Positions 58,727-64,000 of a DNA stretch of 64,000 nt are shown here, in pieces (the first letter of the stretch is position 1; each line of letters starts with the position of its first letter). Location: assembly GCA_934177795.1 (NCBI GenBank), contig CAKPPS010000002.1, positions 19,607 through 83,606 on the forward strand, given 5' to 3'. A program made the position numbers and the translations under genes. Under the pieces are notes generated by a model. That model was not told where the DNA came from. It saw only the letters and a program-made list of their open reading frames with translations, and did not search any database. Origin of the DNA: an uncultured Clostridia bacterium (GTDB taxonomy: Bacteria > Bacillota > Clostridia > TANB77 > CAG-508).

Positions 58727-59596
58727 TTAAGCTTCTCTCCTCCAATAAAATAAATATTGTTGTGCTAAACCTGCTAAATTTCCAAATTTTTCATTTGCTA
58801 TCTTTTCTATTTGCTTTTTATTAACTTTATTTTCATCTTTTTCTTTTATATATAAGTCATTCATTACTCTTCTTACCCATACATCAATTGGAAAAACCTC
58901 AAATCTTTTTAATGTAGAAAATAATAAGATACAATCTGCAACTTTAGGTCCTACTCCTGAAAGTGTTAATAATTTATTTCTGACTTCTTGTGTGTCTGAA
59001 TTCTTCTCCAATTCTTTTAAATTGATTTCATTATTTATAATTTTTTGTGTTGTTTCATATAATCTTATATCACGAAATCCTAAACCTAATTTTCTATATT
59101 CTTCTACTGTAACATTTTTAAGTTCTTCTGGACTTGGAAAGGTATAATATTTATTTTCTTGCCATTCAATTTGCTTTCCATATTTTTCTGACAATCTTTC
59201 TATTATACCTTTTATTCTAGGTATATTATTATTAGCAGATATTATAAATGATATAATCGTTTCCCATAAATCTTGATTCAATATTCGTATTCCTTCACCA
59301 TATTTAATGCTAACTTCCATATATTTATCTATTTTTGATAATTCTTTTTTTATTGTTTCATAATCTCTATTTAAATCAAAATATTGTACTATTTCTTGTT
59401 CAAAATTACTACTATTGCTAACTCCAGTAAAAATATAATCATCATTTTCTTTTTTTACATTGACAACATTTTCTTTCCAGATTCCTGTATAGCTATTATC
59501 TGTTTCTTTGTTCCATCTAAAGCATTGTCCACATTCAAATATATTTTCTAAATTAAATGTTTTTGGTTTTCTTAATATATATTTTTCTTCTCTCAT
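58727..59596 (-). CDS. ogg: 8-oxoguanine DNA glycosylase/AP lyase (Ogg, HhH-GPD)
   Basis: HhH-GPD region LSGVGPKVADCILLF...FPIDVWV. The stop codon abuts the addB start codon. Confidence 0.8.
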   Translation of the reverse strand: MREEKYILRKPKTFNLENIFECGQCFRWNKETDNSYTGIWKENVVNVKKENDDYIFTGVSNSSNFEQEIVQYFDLNRDYETIKKELSKIDKYMEVSIKYGEGIRILNQDLWETIISFIISANNNIPRIKGIIERLSEKYGKQIEWQENKYYTFPSPEELKNVTVEEYRKLGLGFRDIRLYETTQKIINNEINLKELEKNSDTQEVRNKLLTLSGVGPKVADCILLFSTLKRFEVFPIDVWVRRVMNDLYIKEKDENKVNKKQIEKIANEKFGNLAGLAQQYLFYWRREA

Positions 59597-59650
59597 TTTT
59601 CTTCTTCCTTTTTTTCATATTATAACATAGTTAATTATAATTTTGTAGTA

Positions 59651-60511
59651 TTAATTCTTTTTGAATCCTAATCCTAAAACCTCTCGTGAATTTGTGACTA
59701 TTACAAAACTATGCTTATCTATTTTTTTTATAATTTGCAAAGTATTGGCTAAATCTTTTCTGGTTACTGCACACATTAAAATTAATTTTTCTTCATTTGT
59801 ATACATTCCCTTTCCATGCATTCCTGTAGTTCCTCTTCTAATACTTGCTCCTATTTCTTTGGAAATTTCTTCTGATTTGTCAGATACTATATAAATCAAT
59901 TTAGTAAAATTTACTCCTTCGAATAATACATCTATAATCTTCCCCATTAAGTAAATTGCAATTGTAGAATATAATCCAATCTCTAATTCTTTTAAAAAAA
60001 TTATATTTAATGTTACTATTGCAATATCTAATATTATTATTATTTCTCCAAATTTTATTGTTGGTTTATAGGCTTTTGCAATATAACTTATTAAATCTGT
60101 TCCTCCTGTTGAGCTATGTGCTTTTAAAATAATAGCTGTACCTACCCCAATTAGAATACCTCCATAAATGCACGCTAAAAATTTATCTGTAGTTGCTGGT
60201 GGTATCTTGTCTAGTTCATCAATAAATACAGATAAACTTACTGTTCCTATTAATGATTTTACAAAAAAGTTCTTTCCTATTTTTAATATAGACATAAGAA
60301 ATAATGGAATATTGATTATTATAATACTAATTCCCATTGGAATATTAAATAAATAATATATTATAGTTGCAACTCCAGATATACCTCCTGATGATAATTT
60401 ATTTGGCAATAAGAATAGTGAAACTGATACAGCCATGATAAATGCTCCAACTATAGTACCTAATATTTCGATAAATAATCTTTTTATTAAAATTTTTTCT
60501 TTTAAATTCAT
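59651..60511 (-). CDS. YitT-family membrane protein (DUF2179 C-terminal domain)
   Basis: AAGGTGA SD before ATG 60511. Five TM segments plus a C-terminal soluble domain typical of YitT. Confidence 0.8.
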   Translation of the reverse strand: MNLKEKILIKRLFIEILGTIVGAFIMAVSVSLFLLPNKLSSGGISGVATIIYYLFNIPMGISIIIINIPLFLMSILKIGKNFFVKSLIGTVSLSVFIDELDKIPPATTDKFLACIYGGILIGVGTAIILKAHSSTGGTDLISYIAKAYKPTIKFGEIIIILDIAIVTLNIIFLKELEIGLYSTIAIYLMGKIIDVLFEGVNFTKLIYIVSDKSEEISKEIGASIRRGTTGMHGKGMYTNEEKLILMCAVTRKDLANTLQIIKKIDKHSFVIVTNSREVLGLGFKKN

Positions 60512-60560
60512 AAAAATCACCTTTACTACAATTATTTGTAATTCTCGGTGATTTTATTTA

Positions 60561-61634
60561 TTATTTTTTACTATTTTTTTCTTCTTCTGCAAAATCTTTA
60601 AAAGTTTTTGTTATATCCATTTTTAACTTTCCTTGTTTTATGTTAGAATCTTGTTTTACTATAAGGTCTACTTCATAAAATTCTTTTAATTTTTTTATAT
60701 TTTCCTTTTTATGTCCTATTACATTATTAACATCTATCGGATTCACTCTAACTTCTACTTCTTTAACTTTTACATTTAACTTTTTTATTTTACCCACAAT
60801 AGCCTCATACCACATAGATGATTCTACTAATTGTCTAAATGCTGGATGATATGGTCCAGCTACAACTTCACTCTTTTTCTGTGATGGATCTGATATTTCA
60901 TCAGTATTTTGTAATCCTACTCTAATAATATCTATTTTTTTATCAGCAAACATTCTAACTAATTCTTTACATGTTTCTATTGCTTGTGGCAATGGTAATG
61001 GCTGATATATCCCATTATTATAATCATCTTCTAATTTAGTATTTTTTACTACCAATACCGGATATATTCTTACCATTTTAGGTTTTAATTTTATTAATGC
61101 CTTTGCTGTATTAATCTCATCAATTTTTGTACTTTCAGGTAACCCAACCATCATTTGATGTCCTAATTTAAATCTATAAAATCTTATCAATTTTGAAGCT
61201 TTTTTTACATCTTCAAAATTATGCCCTCTATTAGATTTTTGTAATATATAATCATTAGATGATTGCACTCCTAATTCTATTGTTTTTACCTTATATTTTT
61301 TTAATCTCTTTAATATATCTTTTGTTATATAATCTGGCCTTGTTGATATTCTAATACTTTCTACTTTGCCTTGTTTTATATATTCGCAAGCTAATTCTAA
61401 TAACTCATTTTGTTTTGTTTCATCTATTGCTGTAAAACTTCCTCCAAAAAAAGCAATTTCAATTTGAGCATCGTTATCTTTAATACTTTCTAAGTATTCA
61501 TCTATTATTTCTTTGGCTTTTTCTTTCGTCATCTGTTTTTTTTGTCCACTTATTGATTTCTGATTGCAAAAAACACAATCATTAGGGCAACCTAGATGTG
61601 GTACAAATATAGGAATAATATACTGATGTTTCAT
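60561..61634 (-). CDS. ELP3-like radical SAM protein
   Basis: CPNDCVFC (CxxxCxxC) near the N-terminus. TIM-barrel-like pattern IELGVQS. Confidence 0.8.
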   Translation of the reverse strand: MKHQYIIPIFVPHLGCPNDCVFCNQKSISGQKKQMTKEKAKEIIDEYLESIKDNDAQIEIAFFGGSFTAIDETKQNELLELACEYIKQGKVESIRISTRPDYITKDILKRLKKYKVKTIELGVQSSNDYILQKSNRGHNFEDVKKASKLIRFYRFKLGHQMMVGLPESTKIDEINTAKALIKLKPKMVRIYPVLVVKNTKLEDDYNNGIYQPLPLPQAIETCKELVRMFADKKIDIIRVGLQNTDEISDPSQKKSEVVAGPYHPAFRQLVESSMWYEAIVGKIKKLNVKVKEVEVRVNPIDVNNVIGHKKENIKKLKEFYEVDLIVKQDSNIKQGKLKMDITKTFKDFAEEEKNSKK

Positions 61635-61652
61635 AGTTTTACCTCTTTCTAT

Positions 61653-62324
61653 TTACAAATTTTCTAATGCTTTTTTTGCTGCTTGCATTTCAGCACTTTT
61701 TTTACTTTTCCCACTACCATTAGCCAAAATTCTACCATTAAATATTACTTGTGCTTCAAAACTTTTATCATGATCTGGTCCACTCTCATTTATTATTTCA
61801 TATTCTATTTTTACCTCTCCATGCTCTTGTAATTTCTCTTGTAATACTGTTTTATAATCTTTATCTCCTACATGATGACTAGCTTGTTCTATTTCTTCTT
61901 TTAAATTTTTTATTATAAATTTCTTTACAGGTTCTAAACCTCCATCAAGATACATTGCCGCAATTACAGCTTCTACACTATCTGCTAATATTGCTGGCCT
62001 TTTATTTCCATTGCTATTTCTTTCTGATTTTCCTAAAAATAAAAAATCTCCAAAATTATGTTTTAACGCAACTTTATGTAGGCTTTTTTCACATACTACA
62101 GTTGCTCTAACTTTTGTCATTTCTCCCTCGTGTAAATTTATATAATTGTTATATAAATAATCACTTGATATAAATTCTAATATGCTATCTCCCAAAAATT
62201 CTAATTTCTCATTACTCTCTACATTTTTTTCATAAGCATAAGATGTATGCGTAAAAGCTGTTTTTAATAGCTCTTTATTTTTAAATGTATATTCTATCTC
62301 TGTTTCTGCTTTTTCAAAGTTCAT
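61653..62324 (-). CDS. rnc: ribonuclease III
   Basis: Signature NEKLEFLGDSILE and a C-terminal dsRBD (GPDHDKSF...AAKKALE). Confidence 0.9.
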   Translation of the reverse strand: MNFEKAETEIEYTFKNKELLKTAFTHTSYAYEKNVESNEKLEFLGDSILEFISSDYLYNNYINLHEGEMTKVRATVVCEKSLHKVALKHNFGDFLFLGKSERNSNGNKRPAILADSVEAVIAAMYLDGGLEPVKKFIIKNLKEEIEQASHHVGDKDYKTVLQEKLQEHGEVKIEYEIINESGPDHDKSFEAQVIFNGRILANGSGKSKKSAEMQAAKKALENL

Positions 62325-62451
62325 TGTTTTCCGCTCCCTCTTTAGTCTTTTTTTCTTATATTATATATCATTTTGTGGATTTTGCAAGTAATTTACCAAT
62401 TATTCATCATATTATGATTCTTAATAATAATTTAAATTGTTTTTATTAAAT

Positions 62452-62497
62452 AAGATTTAGGAATCTAAGATTGAAATGTTGAATTTTATAATAAACC
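62452..62497. repeat. internally deleted relic of the palindromic repeat (copy C)
   Basis: CTAAGATTGAAATG joined directly to TTGAATTTTATAATAAACC. These are the left and right inner segments of copies A/B, with the ~110-nt centre missing. Confidence 0.6.
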
Positions 62498-62600
62498 ATT
62501 ATCTAGTAATTTTTCCAATCATTTTTTTGTTTTTTTTGTAGACATCTGATAATTGTTGTTGTATAATATGTGTGTATAATATTAAGAAAGTGAGGAATTT

Positions 62601-64000
62601 ATGATGGCAGATAATAATAATTCTACAAATTCAAACCACGATAATAGAAACTTGTCTGATGTTTTTAAAGAATTACAAGCTACACAATATACTTTGGAAG
62701 ATGCAGAAAAAAATACTAGACAAGCTCATAAAAAAGCAAAAGTAACATTTGTAAATGATTCTACAACCTTTGAAACCAGAAAAAGTATAAAGCTTTCAAA
62801 TCTTCTTATTGTTCTAATTGTTTTAATCTTAGTAATTATTGCTATATTCCCTATGAATGTATTTTCAGTAGACAATGAGAATAATAATAACGAAAATAGT
62901 AATACTAATAACAATGATAATGAAACTGTAGAAACTACGTCTATTCCTGCAGATTTCGAAATAAATAGAAAAGCTTTAAATATGCAAAAAATAATATCTG
63001 AAAACTCTAATTTTGAAAAAGTAAAAGAGCAAGTTACTGAAAAAAGAGATATAGAATATCAAATAAAAACTAAAACAAATGCAACACTTCCAAGAGGTGA
63101 GCAAGTCATTTTACAAAAAGGTAAAAATGGTGCAGAAGATGTTTCTTTAGTAAAAACATATGAAAATGGTGAGTTCATTGAAGAAATTATCTTATCAAAA
63201 GAAACTATTGAAGAACCTACTCCTGAAATTTTAGATATTGGTACATCTGATTTCTTAGCTAGCTTGAAAGTACATATTGGTGATACAGTTTATTTAAATA
63301 CTACATCAAAACTAAGAAAAGAAGCATCAGATACATCTGACGAAATAGCCGAAATTAAAAATTATTTAGATGTAAAATTACTTGAATTACCTAATGAAAA
63401 TTGGTGTAAAGTATCTTTTGATTCTGTAGAAGGTTATTTACCTACTAGTTGTTTAACTTCTCCTTCAAAAACACCAAGCATTACAGAAAAAAATAGAATT
63501 GAAAGAATTTTGATAAAAGTTAATGACCAAATGGAATTAAATAAATCTTCAGGTTTAACTTTAAAAGATTTCCAAAAAGTCTTTACAGGTTTATCTCAAG
63601 ATACAAATAAAGTTTTTGAGCAAAATGCAGAAGTATTTTATAACATTGACAAAAAATATAATATAAACGGATTATTCTTAGCTTCAATTGCTATTCATGA
63701 AAGCGGATGGGGTTCTTCTCAAATTGCTAATGATAAAAATAATTTATTTGGATATGGATCTTATGATGCAACACCTTATGAATCATCATTTGAATTTAGT
63801 TCTTTCTCTGAAGGAATTGAAACTGTAGCTAAATCATTAGTTAAATACTACTTAAATCCTGTTGGTACAAAAATTTATGATGGAGAAACTGCTAGTGCAA
63901 CATATTACAATGGACCTACATTAGAAGGTGTTAACCAAAGATATGCAAGTGATCCTGATTGGCATACTAAAGTTTACTCTTATATGGAAATGTTATATAA
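62601..64000 (+). CDS. membrane-anchored cell-wall hydrolase: G5-like and SH3b-like domains plus mannosyl-glycoprotein endo-beta-N-acetylglucosaminidase domain (3' end outside the window)
   Basis: GTGAGGA SD. Frame open from ATG 62601 to the window end. TM LLIVLIVLILVIIAIF. Glucosaminidase pattern LFLASIAIHESGWGSS...NNLFGYG. Absent from the ORF track because it is truncated. Confidence 0.8.
   Translation, partial: MMADNNNSTNSNHDNRNLSDVFKELQATQYTLEDAEKNTRQAHKKAKVTFVNDSTTFETRKSIKLSNLLIVLIVLILVIIAIFPMNVFSVDNENNNNENSNTNNNDNETVETTSIPADFEINRKALNMQKIISENSNFEKVKEQVTEKRDIEYQIKTKTNATLPRGEQVILQKGKNGAEDVSLVKTYENGEFIEEIILSKETIEEPTPEILDIGTSDFLASLKVHIGDTVYLNTTSKLRKEASDTSDEIAEIKNYLDVKLLELPNENWCKVSFDSVEGYLPTSCLTSPSKTPSITEKNRIERILIKVNDQMELNKSSGLTLKDFQKVFTGLSQDTNKVFEQNAEVFYNIDKKYNINGLFLASIAIHESGWGSSQIANDKNNLFGYGSYDATPYESSFEFSSFSEGIETVAKSLVKYYLNPVGTKIYDGETASATYYNGPTLEGVNQRYASDPDWHTKVYSYMEMLY

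Noticed and set aside
62726-62914. 62-aa minus-strand ORF
   Set aside because: It lies inside the long plus-strand frame (62601 to window end), which encodes a recognisable glucosaminidase-domain protein.

Overview
AT-rich chromosomal segment, low GC by eye, from a spore-forming Firmicute that looks Clostridia-like. Most genes lie on the minus strand. Recognisable core genes include yqfC/yqfD, ybeY, a pdaA-like deacetylase, bofA with a yaaL-like gene, glmS with its ribozyme, cdaA, truA, uvrC, hpt, pdp, rnhB, htrA, pgsA, a clpE-like gene, addB, ogg, rnc, and two tRNAs (Tyr-GTA and a CAU-anticodon tRNA). I saw no rRNA, CRISPR array, integrase or phage structural genes. Accessory content is concentrated in positions 1-13300, next to the tRNA pair. 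It holds a frameshifted, truncated relaxase, short IS21 IstB-like debris, and several small monocistronic ORFs with near-consensus promoters. It also holds a tightly packed six-gene minus-strand operon: NT5C-type HAD nucleotidase, NUDIX, metallophosphoesterase, NUDIX, DUF1016/YhcG PD-(D/E)xK nuclease, and a protein with an unknown N-domain plus TPRs. That operon is my best candidate for an undescribed defence or nucleotide-surveillance module. Other notable items: (1) an agr-type quorum-sensing locus in convergent layout with an unlisted 39-aa agrD; (2) an intact orphan TraG/VirD4-like coupling ATPase next to a collapsed DUF4143 ATPase gene; (3) a 170-nt palindromic intergenic repeat in two full copies and one truncated copy; (4) two copies of a GC-rich 19-bp palindrome flanking most of the DUF1016 gene; (5) a small gene with an in-frame TGA; (6) addB without an adjacent addA. 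All functional calls come from motif recognition by eye. No database search was run.
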